Positions 25,601 through 40,600 of a stretch of DNA of 64,000 nt are shown here, piece after piece. The notes beneath the pieces are model-generated. The model was not told the DNA's origin and ran no database searches. It was given only the letters and a program-made list of their open reading frames with translations. Source of the stretch: Hydrolagus colliei (taxonomy: Eukaryota); assembly GCA_035084275.1 (NCBI GenBank), contig CM068752.1, positions 12,710,001 to 12,774,000 of the forward strand. The letters are read 5' to 3'. How positions within the stretch are numbered: position 1 is the stretch's first letter; the number at the start of each line of letters is the position of its first letter. The translations under genes were made by a program, and so were the position numbers.

Positions 25601-28600
25601 TCCAGAGTTTAGGGGCAGAGAGATTACTCAAAGGTCAGAGTCTTTATGTGTCTTGAAAGAGGGGAGGGAGCAAGTGAGTCATGGACTCCAGAAAGCTAAG
25701 GCAAAATGACGAGGGTGGGCAAATGGGGTGAAGGAACATGAAGCCTTGGTAAAGTCCCGATTGGGAGATCGTAGGCATGGGGTGGTTCACTATCTGACAG
25801 GACAGGGCCCTCAGGCCGCCGGTTGGATCCCCTGCTTTAAAGTATCAAAGTTGCATTTGAATGGTGGTGGTATTCTCCCATTGCTCAAAATATGTGCGTA
25901 TTGGCCTACAATGCACTAGGTGGCAGGATTGTAATACTTACTGCTGAATGTTTTCATGTTCTTTACAGCTCCAGCATGTGATAATATGCTCAGTACATGT
26001 CTGATTTTTATGAACGCCTGTCACTGTTATATAAAAACATAAGAACATAAGAATTAGGAGCAGGAGTAGGCCATTCGGCCCTTCGAGCCTGCTCCACCAT
26101 TCAATAAGATCATGGCTGATCTTCTCACCTAACTTTGATTACCTGCCCTATCCCCATATCCCCTGATCCCTCTATTTTTCAAAAATCTTTCAGTCTCAGC
26201 CTTGAAAATGTTCAAGGACTGAGCATCCTACAGCCTTCTGGGATAATGAATTCCATAAATTCACTGCCCTCTGAGTGAAGAAATGTTTCCTCAACTCTGT
26301 TCTGAAAGGCTGACCCTTAATTTTAAGAATATTTTTCAAATTTTAAGACCCCTGGTTATAGATTCTCCTACCGGGGAAACAGTCCCTCAGTGCCTACTTT
26401 ATCTAGCCCTTTAAGAATCTTATATGTTTCAATAAGATCCCCCCTAATTCTTTACTCCAGAGAATACAGCCCTCGTTTATTCAACCTATCCTCATAGGTC
26501 AGTCCCCTCATCCCAGGAACTAACCTAGTGAATCTACGCTGCACTGCCTCTAAGGCAAGTATGTCCTTTTTTAAATAAGGAGACCAAACTGCACACAATA
26601 CTTTAGGTGCGGTCTCACCAGAGCCCTATACAGTTGCAGCAAGACTTCCCTACTCTTATACTCTAAACCTTTTGAAATGATAATGGTGTTTATTGCACGG
26701 TTGCATGTAGTGTACGTTCAACTGTTCTGGCAAAATGGTAATTGGTTTGGTGGCAGGAAGTAGATAAGCGAGGTAAATGAGATGATCAAATGGTCCAAGA
26801 GAGCTCTGTTATGCCCGGCCTACCCAAACTGCCACATAGGTCTGGCTTGATTTCAACATTCTATTACTGAACATGTCATCTTGGAACCAGTTCAGCTCCA
26901 AGGAGACCCCACTCACTCGCTTTCTCCCTCCCCGAAGGATAGTGACTCAGTCCCTCTGTTTATTTTTCCCGTTTTGAATAGGTTTAACCTCTTGATTTAT
27001 GCTTTGGTTTCAATGAAGTACAGATGTCATGTCAGAACCCTGCCTTTATTTTGAGAACACCTCAATCTTGGGTGCTTTTTAAAATCTACTTGCATATTGA
27101 GCATTAAATATTTACTAAAATGAGCTGTGCTCATGTTTGAAGGAACGTAAACTACATGCCTTTAAATACAAAAGGCATTTAACACTACAAACTAATGGAA
27201 GTATGTTGACTTTTTAAATTCAGTATATTTGACAACTGTACATGATAGAAGAGTTTGACTGTGATAGTTGCATTTTGCAAGTAACCCAGAAGATGGCAGC
27301 AACAACTAATGATTTTTCTTAAACCTCCTTAATGTAGCAGCATGTATTTTGCACCAGGAAAGAACCTAAGAATTAATATTTTTTTGATTTTGCCTATAAC
27401 GTTGAAATGTTTCAAAACATAAAACAGTAATAGCTGTTGAGTGTAGCAAGTGTTTTGCAGGTAAACACAACAGACAATTTGCACACAACTATGTGGTGAA
27501 CAATCAATTTTATGTGGAGGTTTCTTGGCCAGGGCACCAGGAGGAACTCCTTTCTTTTTGTAAGACATCGTTGGATCTTTGATGTCCACTTGAACGTGCA
27601 GGTAGCCCTTCCTGCGGTTTAATATCTCATCCTAAGGATGTTAATATGACTACAAAATATATACTTCCTGTCCTTCGCAAGAGATGAATAAGGTTTGTTC
27701 AGGACACTGCAGAGTAGCTACAGTGCATTTCAAAGTACGTACTTAAGTACTCAATAATCCACAGCCGTTCATTCAGTCCCCTCAAGAGGACGCTGTTTAG
27801 TGTTTTTTTTAAATTGAATCAACATTGCACTAGATATGGCTGAATGCTCTCTTCTCTCCCCTCCCCTTCAAAAGAAAGTAAGATGGTAGTTTAGCTAAAT
27901 GCCTTTTGATTCACTAGTGCCTTTTGAAGACTTTTCCTATTGACTGGTGCTAGTGAGTGATCTGTGTTGAAGTATGTCAGCGGACAGATCTGCCAGTTCT
28001 CTCGGATTTCCTGGAGACAGTCTAGCTATTCACCTTGCTGAAGGTGACCTACAGGGGATTTCAGTCTGCATCCCATGAGATTCCTGATCTCTTCTGTTCC
28101 CTACCCCCTCCTCAATTAGCTCACAAATGGGTGCATTTTGGACTTGTCAGCCTCATCGAGTTTGGTCTATAAAAGATAACTAATGCTATATGGGATAGTG
28201 GAAGTGTCTGTACTCCCAAATGGCAGAGTGCATGGACTGACCAACAGGAGTTGTATTTGAAATAAATATTCCAAAAGGCAATGTGTTGGAACATCAACAT
28301 TAAGCAAATATTCTTGAAGGAAAATTGTGTGACTGGCCAGAATAAGCATCCGCATTTGAAATATTTTATATCAATGAAAGCGTTTCTGATGCTGAATATT
28401 AGTAGACTACAGAAATATTCAGAGCCATTTCTTAAATTACTGTTTCCTGTAGAAATTAATATTCCAAAAAATTTTAGGTGAAGACTAGTTCTATTGCTGT
28501 CTTTGAGACAAATATCTGCTGTTTATGAGCCAGTTTTTTATTAAAATGAAATAAACGTGTGTCATATGCTAGTTCTATCTGCCTCGTCAGTCCTGAGGTG

Positions 28601-31600
28601 CAAAATACAACAACAACAACAACAACAACTTTGATTTATATAGCGCCCTCCACGCCGGACGGCATCTCAACGCTTCACAGTAGTGGATCCCGGGACCGAG
28701 CCAGGGGCAGGGGCAGGAAGGTGACCAAAAGCTCAGTCGAAGAGAAAGGTCTTCAACTGTGACCTGAAACTGGGAAGAGGGGGGCGAGGCGAAGCGAGTG
28801 AGGAAGGGAGTTCCAGAGCCTCGGGGCGTAGTGGCTAAAGGCACGTCCGCCGAGGGTGGAGCGGGGGATTCGGGGGACATGGAGGAGGCCAGACCCAGAG
28901 GAGCGAAGGCAACGGGTGCTGGGTTGGGGGGAGAGGAGATCAGAGAGATAGGGGGGTGCAGAGGAGTGGAGAGATTTGAAAACAAGGGTGAGGATCTTGA
29001 AGTCGATCCTCTCTGGGATAGGGAGCCAGTGAAGTCTGGCAAGGACTGGGGTAATGGGGGAGCGAAGCTTAGAGCGGGTGAGTATGCGGGCGGCAGAGTT
29101 TTGGATAAGCTGGATTTTGTGGATTGTGGCGGAGGGGAGACCGGCGAGGAGGGTGTTGCAGTAGTCCAGCCGAGAGGTGACAAAGGCGTGGACCAAGGTT
29201 TCGGCGGCTTTTAAGGTGAGGTATTGCCGGAGACGGGCGATCTGTCGGAGGTGGTAGAAGGCAGTGCTGGTGACGGACCGGATGTGGGGGAGGAAGGACA
29301 GTTGGGGGTCGAACCTGATGCCAAGGTTGCGCATAGGTTTGGAGAGTTTTAGGGGCAGGCCGGGAAGGTGGAGGAGGTGAAAGCCGTGCGAATGGAGACG
29401 TTGATGAGAGCCAAGGAGAATGGCCTCCGTCTTGTCAACATTCAGCTGCAAAAAAATAGATGTGTAAAGCCTAATTGGGGCTACTGTTAGTTATTGATGA
29501 GTATAATCGAAGAGGCAGATAAGAGTCTCACTTGATGGCACAAGGTTTAATTCCAAAATCTTGGGCAAGTTTCCTTACTCCACATGCTGTGAGCAATTTT
29601 TTTTTACTGTGTTTCATCCACAAATATACAGTCAATTCACTTTACAGTATATTCATGAAGCGCTTTGAGACATATAGAAGATGTGATAAGGCATTATATC
29701 AAATGGAAGGATTATTAAGGGGGCACTTTCCTTTCACCTGCTGGGTGCAGGAACAGTGCAGCACACCAAGTAGTTTGAAGCTTGATTCCTTTGTAAAATA
29801 GCTTTAGACGGTCTCAACTCTGCTTCTAAAGGGCACAGTTGTAACATCAATCTGACCCTGACATAGCAGTCTCTCACTATGATGGATGATGTGGGAAATG
29901 GATGCACTCACACATTTAGAGATGGATCTTGTGGCATATTGTTGGAGCGGAGCAGAGTAAACTTCACTCTGCACTTGGCAATTCTCTCTGCAAGTGCTTG
30001 ATGCCGACACCTGTATTATTCCTCTTTTAAACATACTAATCAATTCTCTGCAGTGTTAAATTCCCGAATTGAATGAATGAAAGTATTCCACCTCCAAAAG
30101 TGGAGCCTCACGCCTTAATAAATACAAAATACTAGGACAAGGATATTCTCTGGGTCTTCCTGTACTGACGCTTAATTAACCCTGCTACAGAAGACGAGAG
30201 CAACAGAGGCTATCTATATTTTATTTATTTTTCACTATGCTTTGCTGTATCCAGATGGGCTTTCTGAAATCAGGCACTCTTCAAGCCTTTCTGATCTGAA
30301 AGACTTAATTATGTGAGACCTGTTCTTTATTTCTCGGCAGCCTTGATAGGACATACCTGAATAGCACTAAATAAATCCTGAGTTAATTGATGGGGTTAAA
30401 TGTGCAGTAAATTGCACTTGCCAGACACTTACTATGCCCCTTTGTGTTCAGCAGATTAGTGATAACATTTTGCTTCTAACTCCTTGCTTCCCTGGCTTTG
30501 TTAAATGTGGGAATGCCTCACGCAAACCCAGGATAAAATGTCATCCAAAAGGATTAAGTGGCACTCCCAGCACATCCCTGTCTTTTGTACCATCTGCCAG
30601 ACAGCCCATCGGAAATGCAAGAGAAGGACTTAGCAGAACAATCGGATACCTCTGTGCTGGAAAGCAAACAAAAAGACTTTGGGCTGTATCTTTACTTTCA
30701 TGTGGTTCACCTGCATTGCTGCTGGAAATTTGCTTTGATGGGGGCAGTTCCTGCACTATGATTCAGGTTTTGTCTGTCTGTTTGGAGTCCTTTATAAAGA
30801 ACAAATCGTTTCTGTGCACTATATGTTACTGATAAGAATCATCGGTAGTGGTATAAAGTAATGTTTTGAATCTTTATTGATACTTTTACATTAGTAGTTT
30901 ATCCGTGGACGCATCTAGCGATGTAGCGTGTTGCGATCAGGTAAGACCTGACCCTGGAGTTAGATTTCCTATTGACTTCACATTACGGAGATCTGAGGGA
31001 TGGGGAATAATTATGCTCAATGAAGAAAATCATACAACTTCTCTTTGGCTGTCGTTTTCATGATTTCACAATTATTTAGCAAGGAGATATCACAAAATAA
31101 TCCATCAGTAAAGTCTTGATTTCTTGTGGAAAAAAATTAAGATGTTTGCACTAGTGCAGTACAGTTTGACCCAAGCCGTGTAAGATACCATGTCCATAGA
31201 CTGTATAAACTGTCGCATCAGAGCCTCAATGTAAAAGTGGTAATGAGGAAGAGATGATATAGAAATTGACTTGCAAGGTACAGTATTTGAATTGACCTGA
31301 ATAGATGAGGAACCTTAACAGTTTTTTTTATCTTAAAAGGAATACACACACACACACACATACAGCATTGAATGCATGGAACAATCTTCCAATAAAAATC
31401 AGCTGATGCTCCATTGCCTTTGAAGACATAGATTCAGCCTAAAACCAGCAATTATTCCATGAGACGCATTGATTTCTGTGATGTTGGGTTCAGCAGAAGG
31501 ATTTGTGCAGAGAAGGAGGCTAGGTTCTCTGCAGATTTTACTCCACTTTATTTAGACTTCAGAGCTCCCCAGGAGATGATAAACAGAGTGAAGTGTTTGA

Positions 31601-34600
31601 TGTGCTCTCACTTATCCTCCTGATGTGGGTATAACAAGAGAAAAAAATGTAACTGGCTGATTAACTGCAGGTGTACTCCAGTTAGGTAAGAGCGCTTTGA
31701 GGCGTCTAAAAGGTGTGAAAGCGCTATATCAAATGCAAGGTTTATTAAGGGTGATATGTCCCTCCAAGGAAGGAGAGTGCATTCTTTCCCAGACGTGGGG
31801 AAATTTCCATGTCACATTTTTCGCATATGTGTAATATTTAAGCCTGGTGATGGACTACCTCGTATGATGGACATCGGCTGACCCCCAATTTAAATTGTTG
31901 ATGTGGTAGATTTTGTGTAGAAAGAGAGGACATGTGGTCTTTTCTTTTTGTAATAGCTAAGACACTTTCCACACTTCTGTTATAAAACCTTGTGCAAGTT
32001 GTGTGGAGGTTCACTTTTTGTGCACACATGTGCCTAGTTCATACACTTTGCAACTTTTACATCTTTTCTTGATGAGAACGTTTCTGGAACACAACCCAGG
32101 TTTAACCCCATTTTGGGTCACAAACTTAAAACATCACCACATTTATCAACCAAATAAACCATCACATCACTTTATTTGACAACAGAAGACGCTTTCAAAT
32201 GCAACAATTATCCAGTTTTGAAAAATAAATGGTTGCCAGTCCTGATGTCTGGTCATCATTAATACAGGAAGCACCTATGCTCAACCAGGGTATGCTCTAA
32301 TGGCGTGGTCTATTGTAACAAGTTATCTCTTAATATTTTATAGTGCCTTCCCAAGCATTTTAGAGCGATTACAAATGCAGTGACTATTTCTAGGGTACAG
32401 TGGCAGGCATTATGTATGCGATAAAGTCCAACAAACATCCATCAGGTAAATGATCTTCAGCCACATAGAATTTTATAATGGACTATGGTACAAACTTTAT
32501 CATAGAATGGCCATTGAGACTTTGATGTGTGAATCTGTGACTCAAATTTTCAGGCCAGTTTAGACTTCTTTTCACATTACTTTGTACCAGGTGCGAACAG
32601 CACTATCTGTGTGGCTTCCTAAGCATTTTGGGCACCAATTTTAGCAAATTACCAGATGAAACACAAAAAGCATTCTGAGTACGAGCTGTTTGACAACAGT
32701 TGGAAATATCTGCAGCTAAAATTTCAAAATGCGGGCCAACGTGCTGACACTCAGCACAGCTGCACAGCCTCCTCTCACCTGCTGTTTAATCCCATGTCTG
32801 CCTTGAGCACCCCAAGCGAACACATAGCTCCCGCAGCATGGAGCTCTACAATCACATACTGCTCTGTGCTTCTTTAGCATGAAGCACAGTTAATAGAACT
32901 ATAAAACGAAAAAGACCAAGGTGATCTGAAAAATTATTGCTCCCCAATCGTACTGCAGTTCGCTGGATGAAAATTGTATTTTAGATAATTAACTTGTGTA
33001 ATAGTCATTACATATCCCCTTCTCACCAGATTTAATGGTAGTTTTATGTGATTTTTAATGTCCACAAACAGGTTAACTGAATTCAGTTTATAGAATCATA
33101 GAATTCTAATAATAATAATCTTTGCATTTGATAAAGTGCTCTTCACATCTTCTAGACGTCTCAAAGCACTTCACGGAATATAATGTAAAGTCAATTGACT
33201 GTTTATTTTTTGGGTGAAACATGGCAGCAAATTTCCCACTGCAGTGTCACATAAATAGTCGTGAATTAAAGTGAACAATTATAATTTTTTTAAAGGAATT
33301 ATAACCCCTAGAAAAGCAATCTGCCAATTGACTAACAACTGGATTCCTATTTCTAGGTAAACAGGGGTGTGTAGAGTAAGGAAAGTTGCCCAACATTTCT
33401 CCCGGACGGTAATCGAACCTAGGTCTCTCGCTTGTGAGGCGAGTGCTCTAACCACTGAGCTACATGAGTTTTGCCAAATAAGCAAGACTGATACCTAGAA
33501 ATGAATATTTTGTGTGGAAAAGTGCTGAATTGTTTAAACTGATTAATGCTCCGTGCAAAAACTACACCAATCCTTTAAAGCAGATAACTGAAGACTATGA
33601 CACTCCCACCCTCAATATATTTTATGCCATTTTGCAATCTATGATTAAGATTATTGAACCCAGTAATATTGAGTTGAAATATAGAAACAGGAGTAGGCCA
33701 ATGAGCGTCTAAAACCTATTCTATAAGATCATGGTTAATCTGTACCTCAACTTGATACTCTGACCTGACAAATATTCTATATCAATGTGCTGCTTGCTCC
33801 TTTAATAATGAATTTACCAGATTGAGTCTAGTTGGAGCCAATCCAGAGATTATATGAGGGTTTTTTTGTCATTTGGGTTGTTTGAATAAAGCAAATGGTG
33901 TGTGGTTATTTATATAAGCAGAAAATAATACTTTTATTATTTAAATAATCGCAGCACACTTCCAAGAATAGTCTTTGTTTTAAGAATGTTGAAATTAATC
34001 TTAATAGCAAACCCATGGTAGAAATAACAGGGGGTGGGTGGGTGGGAGGGAGCTATTAAAATAGTATTTTAGCTCCCCTTTTGCTAAAAAATGACCACTG
34101 ATGTCTTGAGCACACGATTTGTTTATTTGAAGTCCAAACATTAGAGAATCAGGGTGGCTCTTGGGTCTGAGGTTCAGTATATGTGACTCTACTGACTTTA
34201 GTTTCTCAACCTTAAACATTACAAGTTGCAAATTACAACATACAATATGCTCATTTGAAAATTTCACTAGTTTCCATACCCACATGCAACTCCACAATCT
34301 CATAATTGCTCAAGGCAATAATGCTGTCTTAATTTCATAGAAATCCGATCAAAAAAAGTTCTAATTCTGCTGCGGTTGTGGAAGTTTATACTTATTCTGA
34401 AGTTTAACTCCTCCAATCACACTCTTACAATTGTTGTCTGGATTTAAGAGGACGTTGTCTCAAATTGATGTAATTTGAGTAATATGATTTATAAAGTATA
34501 AACTATAATTTTTTCAATAAATTACTGTTTAAAATGTCTGATAATAACAACAACAACAATTTACATTTATATAGCGCCTTTCACGTCGGGAGGACGTCCC

Positions 34601-37600
34601 AAGGCGCTAATAAAGCTGATTAAACAGATATGTAGCATTAAATTCAGGCAAAACACCTAGACATTACCAGCTGCAGAGGGACATTAAGACCCTTTGGCTT
34701 CAAGCTGCTAGACAGCACCATTTCCTCTCAATTTAACAGCTGCTGAAAAAGCTATCGATCCCCATTCACTGCCAAAGTCATTGATTTGTGTTTTTTCTCT
34801 CTTGGCTTTCTCTCTCTCTCTCTTTCTCTCTCTCTCTCCCTCTTTGTTTCTTTCTCTCTGTTCTTATTCTTTTACTGGTTGTATAAACAAAAAGATAATC
34901 TCTGTGGGAGCTCTTTCTCCCTTTTTGGAAGGTGAGCTGTTAGAATCAGCAGAATATTTTCTGGTCCGAATAGTAGTGTTAAGAGAGATGGGGTTTGAAG
35001 TGACTTTAGGGTTCACACATAAGGATTGCATAGAATTGGGTCCAAGATAAAAGGAGTGTTAATAGGTGGGGCAAAAGGATGCAATCTAGACTGAATTTCA
35101 AATCAAAGATAAATTTTCAAATAGTATTGTATTTACTTCCAGTCAAATGTACAGCTTACCATGCATCCTATATTCACCCCATATATGACTCATACATTGT
35201 ACAGGCGTTTCATAGAAGCTTGTGGCTTGCTTCAAACCCTATGTCGGAAAATGCACAGGCCAGGTTGACAATCCATTGTAGAGTTGGGAAGACTGGATTG
35301 TTACCAGGTACTGTGTTTTGGATGAGATGTTAAACTAAGTCTCTTTGGGCAGCCATTAAAGAACCCATGACTATTGAAAACACAAACGTATGTCTCTCCA
35401 CGTCTGTTCTAGCCAATAATCCCAATTAATTGTTCATTAACCTAACAATAATAATTATTATAAAATTTTATTTGCTATAGTGTCTCATAAATTTGGAGGA
35501 TATTTCAAAGAGTTTCACAGAATTTATTGTAAGATGTAGCGACCGACCAATTAGACAGGCAATTTATGCATAGCAATATTCCAATTTAATAGTCGTAAAC
35601 AAAATGGCCAATTTTAGATGGGGGTGTTGGCCAGGACACCAGGAGAAACTGTTCTGAACAGTGCTATGTCAATTTTAAGGATTCTTATTAATGAAATCTG
35701 CACTGGTATTTGTTTTCCACGTCAACAACCTAGTCTAATTTGCTGCTTGGTTAAACTCCTGTTAGATTTCCATTTTTTTTAAGCGAACATCTATCTATTT
35801 CTCTTTGATGTTTGAATCTGTGGTAGGGAATCTGTGTTCTGGCTACCTTCTATTGGGCCTTTATTTTAAACACTCTTCCCCACCCCCTTAATTATTTTTC
35901 TCACTTTTTAAAGATTATTTTTTTCTTAAATTTGCTTTGGGTGAGAATAGAGTCCATTCAGCCTTGGTGCTATCCTGCTGAGACCTATACTCCTGAGACT
36001 CACATGAAGAATGGTTGTTTGGGCTGTTATAGGAAAAGATGGGGTTGGTGTGTAGCTTCCAGAAAAGCTAAGTGCACATTTTTATTTGCATCTCAAAGAC
36101 TTATTGCAGTTTCAATCGTAACACAATAAAAATATCACAGCTGTGTTGTTTTTCTTTCTCCTCAGTAAGATTGTGTGTTTTGGACAGCAAATGAATGCAC
36201 AGAAAAGCAACAGTGAAAAAGGAGTTGCTCTTTCTGTGTGTAGATGTGGCTAGATGTGTGTTTGTGTACATTTCCCTGATTCGTTTTCTTCAATTTATTT
36301 TCTATTTACAGCACAAGGATTGGACCACATAGCGGAGAATATACTGTCGTACCTCGATGCCAAATCACTGTGTGCTGCAGAAGTGGTGTGTAAAGAATGG
36401 CAACGGGTAATTGGTGAGGGAATGCTATGGAAGAAGCTGATTGAGAGGATGGTGCGTACTGATCCACTTTGGAAGGGACTTGCTGAAAGACGAGGGTGGT
36501 GAGTTGTTTCCTTCACTGAGACAAGTTGTTTTGCATTTCCATCAAAGAACCTGCACTGCTCCCTTAATGGCCTTGTGAATTCAAGTGAAGCAGCAAAGAC
36601 AAATTGAAGTTATAATTGTGCCTTTCACATAAAATGTTTTAAAATGCTTGCAGTACATTGCACAGTACACAAGGCTGTAAATTCAGTTAATTATCTGCCA
36701 GGTTCATTTTAGCCAAGGTGGCAGTACAAATTAGCCTTGGTCCCCTGTGTTTAGAATGGGATCAGCCAACCAGGCTTTCCATTTTTTTAAAAATCTTCTT
36801 GCATTTGAGTTTGCATCTTGTCAAATAAACAGTCCACATTACTGCTGATGACAGCACAGCTCATTGGTAGGACTCAGAAGGCAGACCAGTTACAGTAAAA
36901 GCCCGTTTGTCCGGCACCCTTGGGACCTGGCCAATGCCGGTTAAAGAGCGTGCCGGATATTCGGCCCAAAACACCCCCCAAACATTTTTAAAATAATTGT
37001 TTTTACACATACCATATTAATAATAGACTAAATAATAACAGAATATTGTATGATGCTTATCAGTAAAGCAATAAATATTGATTACAGTCTATAAACACAG
37101 CACACAATCAAAGGGGTACTCTCCTCTCTCTCATACACAGTCAGTCTGGCATCCCAATGGCTCCAATCCCAACCCCTCTCCATTCCTCTTATTTTCCATC
37201 GAAATTAATCAACTCTCTCTCCCCTCTTCCCCCATCTCTCTCTCCCCCTCTCACTCCTCTCTCTTTCTCCCCCCCCACCCCCTTCTTTCCCTCTCTTTCT
37301 GTCCCGACCCTCATTGCCTCACTCCCCCACCCCACCTACCACCCTCTCTCTCTCCCTGCCTCTCTCTCAAACAAGGAAGTGCACTACAGCAGCATTCAAG
37401 AGGTAATCGTAGTGTACTCTGTGAGGGAAAAAAATGGCAGTGCCACCTTCAGCCACTAGTAGCAGCATTCCAAAATACTGATACTGACACATTGTGCTGA
37501 ATAAGATCCGGTTAATCGAATGGGGACATTTTTTTTGAGGTGCCGGATATATGGAAGTTACAGTTGATCGTGTCACGGATAAACGGGCTTTTACTGTATT

Positions 37601-40600
37601 TGGAGAAGGGATTCTTCTTGCTCAGCATCTGTTAATCCTACAAGCCAAAACCCTAATGGGTGGGGAGGTCTTAATGGGCAAGCTGTACCGGTTTTAGCTG
37701 TTTCAATTCCAGCAGTATCCCAGGCATACTCTGGGGTCCCCAAGCCTCTGTTATTGCCAGCCTGCACCTAATACTATGAAATTGGGTGAGCAAGATGCTT
37801 CCCTTGAGGAAGAGAATGTGCATTCAATTCTAATACACAGGAATTTCCAAATGTGGGTGGGGTGCAAGGTCTCTGTTTGGTTTGAATACACTTACGGATA
37901 GTGATGGGTTTCCACACATGTCCTGCTGAACAAAATAAATTAATTGCACTGACGATTCTGAAGAAGACGTCCTTGAAAAGCTGACCGTGTGGCAGGAAAG
38001 CTGAGGGTTTCACTTTGTCATTGCGAGCACAATGATTACTTGCAAATTGGGTTCAATGCAAAACTGAAACCCTTTAATACCAATATCTGGGAGAAAGATA
38101 AAATTATGAACTCACCTTAATATTCCTGATGATTTTACCATTGTTGACATTGGTTTTTCTGTGTCCTTCCTCCTAGGGAGCAGTACTTGTTTAAAAACAG
38201 ACCTGCTGATGGCCCACCAAATTCGTTTCATCGAGGATTGTACCCAAAGATTATTCAGGACATAGAGGTAAGGTTTAACTTGAGTTCAGTCAAAGATGAG
38301 ATGTGATTTTTATTGAATTCATATAAAAAAAATTGTGTTTTAAATTCCTTATTCCATGATCATTCTGCTGAAGCTTTAGCTTCCTGTTCACATCCTGATT
38401 CCCACTCCATCACAATCATTGTCTAAACATGTGGACTGATTGATGCAGTTAAAAGCAGCCAGATGTTCACTGCTGTATAGGTAAGTAAACCAATAGCCTG
38501 CTTTCACTGGGAAGAGAGAGAACTTAGTGAATGCTTGTGCTATTACAACACGCACTCTTTTTGGATCAATTGTCAACAGCAAAGAGAAATCTTAATCATA
38601 GCAAGTAAACAGTGCTCTTGAAATTTGATATGTTTTGGCCCAATAAAGTTATCCATATTGCACAACACAACAACAGCAAAATTACACTTGTTTAGTGCCT
38701 TTCACGTCAAGAGGACGTCCCAAGACGCTGGACTTTCCTTATTAGCATTTTATTATGGAATATTATTGACCGTGAAGTTCAAAGTTCATATATTGTAGTG
38801 TAAAACTGAATTTGTTTTCCAAATATAATAAGACACAGCAGCCTTCGAGCTTGCTTAAAAAACACCTGAGCCCGAGAAAGAGGAACTGATATAATTCAGC
38901 ATAATCCAACATGTTAGAAAATGCATGCCCAATATTCTATTTGTTTAGTTTTGGTTTACTTAACCATACAGCAGTGAATGTCAGTCTTCTTTTTAATTGC
39001 TTCATTCAAGTCCGTGTGCTTTTAAGGCCCGCAGTTATTTTCATTTTATTCTGCTAAAGGTAACATTCAAGGATGAAGGGGTAATTGAATACAAGTCTGT
39101 AAATATACCATTGATAAGTCACTTCAGTGTGAAGTGGACAGGTTGGTTTGACTCAGTTGTATATCTGATATCTTTACAACTGACTGCAGTCTGTAGTTTG
39201 GAGTACTGTCCACACTAGCTTAGCTGTCCACAGTTCAACTGGTCAGCTGGACCTATTTGATTTTTTCCCTGTCAGGGCATTTATCCTCCCTCTCCCACCC
39301 ATAAACATGTTGAATGTAAATCATTCAGTTGCTTTAGTTATTAGCCAGTGATCGAATGTAACAAATGGTGAGCAAACAATGTTGTACTACTCGTCTTAAT
39401 ACTGCATATTTTGAACTTTGGAGACTATATCTCCCCTATATTCTTTCCTCTTCTGTTGCTCACGATTCTTTAGCAGGGAGAGCCTGGTCCTTCCCACACA
39501 TGAGCTGACTGGCTGCAGGCTTGTGTGAGTGGCCCACTCTGCCTTTTTTTTTCTTGTTGGTGTACTCTCTGTAGAGAGTGCTTAGCCTCAGCTTGGCACT
39601 CTGACAATGACGGTGGGTGAGTTCAATAAATACACTATGCTATTCTTCTGTGTTATTTAGCTTTAATATTGCCTTGCATTCTGGGGCCAGTAATATGCAT
39701 TTTCCAAAAGACATTTCCAAGATAAAATGCGTATTAACATTATTTGGATACTGCCCAGAGAGACCAGCTTGCAGAACAGCGTAGACATCCTCCCGAGTGC
39801 CCTGAATCATTAAAAATTCAAATGTCTATGTTAGTTCCAGGATTGTGCCTTCAAAATAAAACAGATAATCTTCATCACTCGAAAGGTCTCCATCACCATT
39901 TGTCATTTTCATGATCACGCCCCTTTTCACTTTGAAAAAAACCCTAGCGGTTTTCTGAAGGGGAATGTAAAATTTATTGTCCTGTCAAAGTTAAGTTGGC
40001 TTCCCTTAAAGCTTAGGTACAAGCTGACACATTTGATCCAGAGAGGCGTACCTTCTAAAGAATACATCTTTTATGATGTGGATAAACTAAAAAGGTTTGA
40101 TGTGGTTCAGAAATGTTAACTGAGGTCTTTTTGGCTGCGGGGAGACATTCCTCCCCTAGAAAAAAAATGTATTACGTAAAGACTGGTGTTTTTCTTTTCA
40201 AAGGCAAGTTGTACAATTTTTCCAGCTGCTTTCAGTGTTTTGAATACTGAAGTAAGGGTGTGTCTGTGTTTCCACGGATAGCATTATCAGGAGTAAAAGA
40301 GTAAAATGTACTCCTTATTCTGTTAAGAAACTGACACTTTCATAGGGACCTTTCCATGTTCCATACGTTTTAACAGAAATCTCCAATTTCTCCAAGATTA
40401 CTTTGTATGTAACTGAAGATATTTTTGCAACTGAAACATTGTCATTTTCAGCATAATAATCTCTCTCTATATATATATACATCTATAGTATATAACAATT
40501 GTTCTTGTGCTGTCAACCATCCAGTCAGATTCAGACTAAGATTATTCTCTCAATTCACCCCGCTCCATCCCTAAACCTCACTTTACTGCAACCCATGTGT

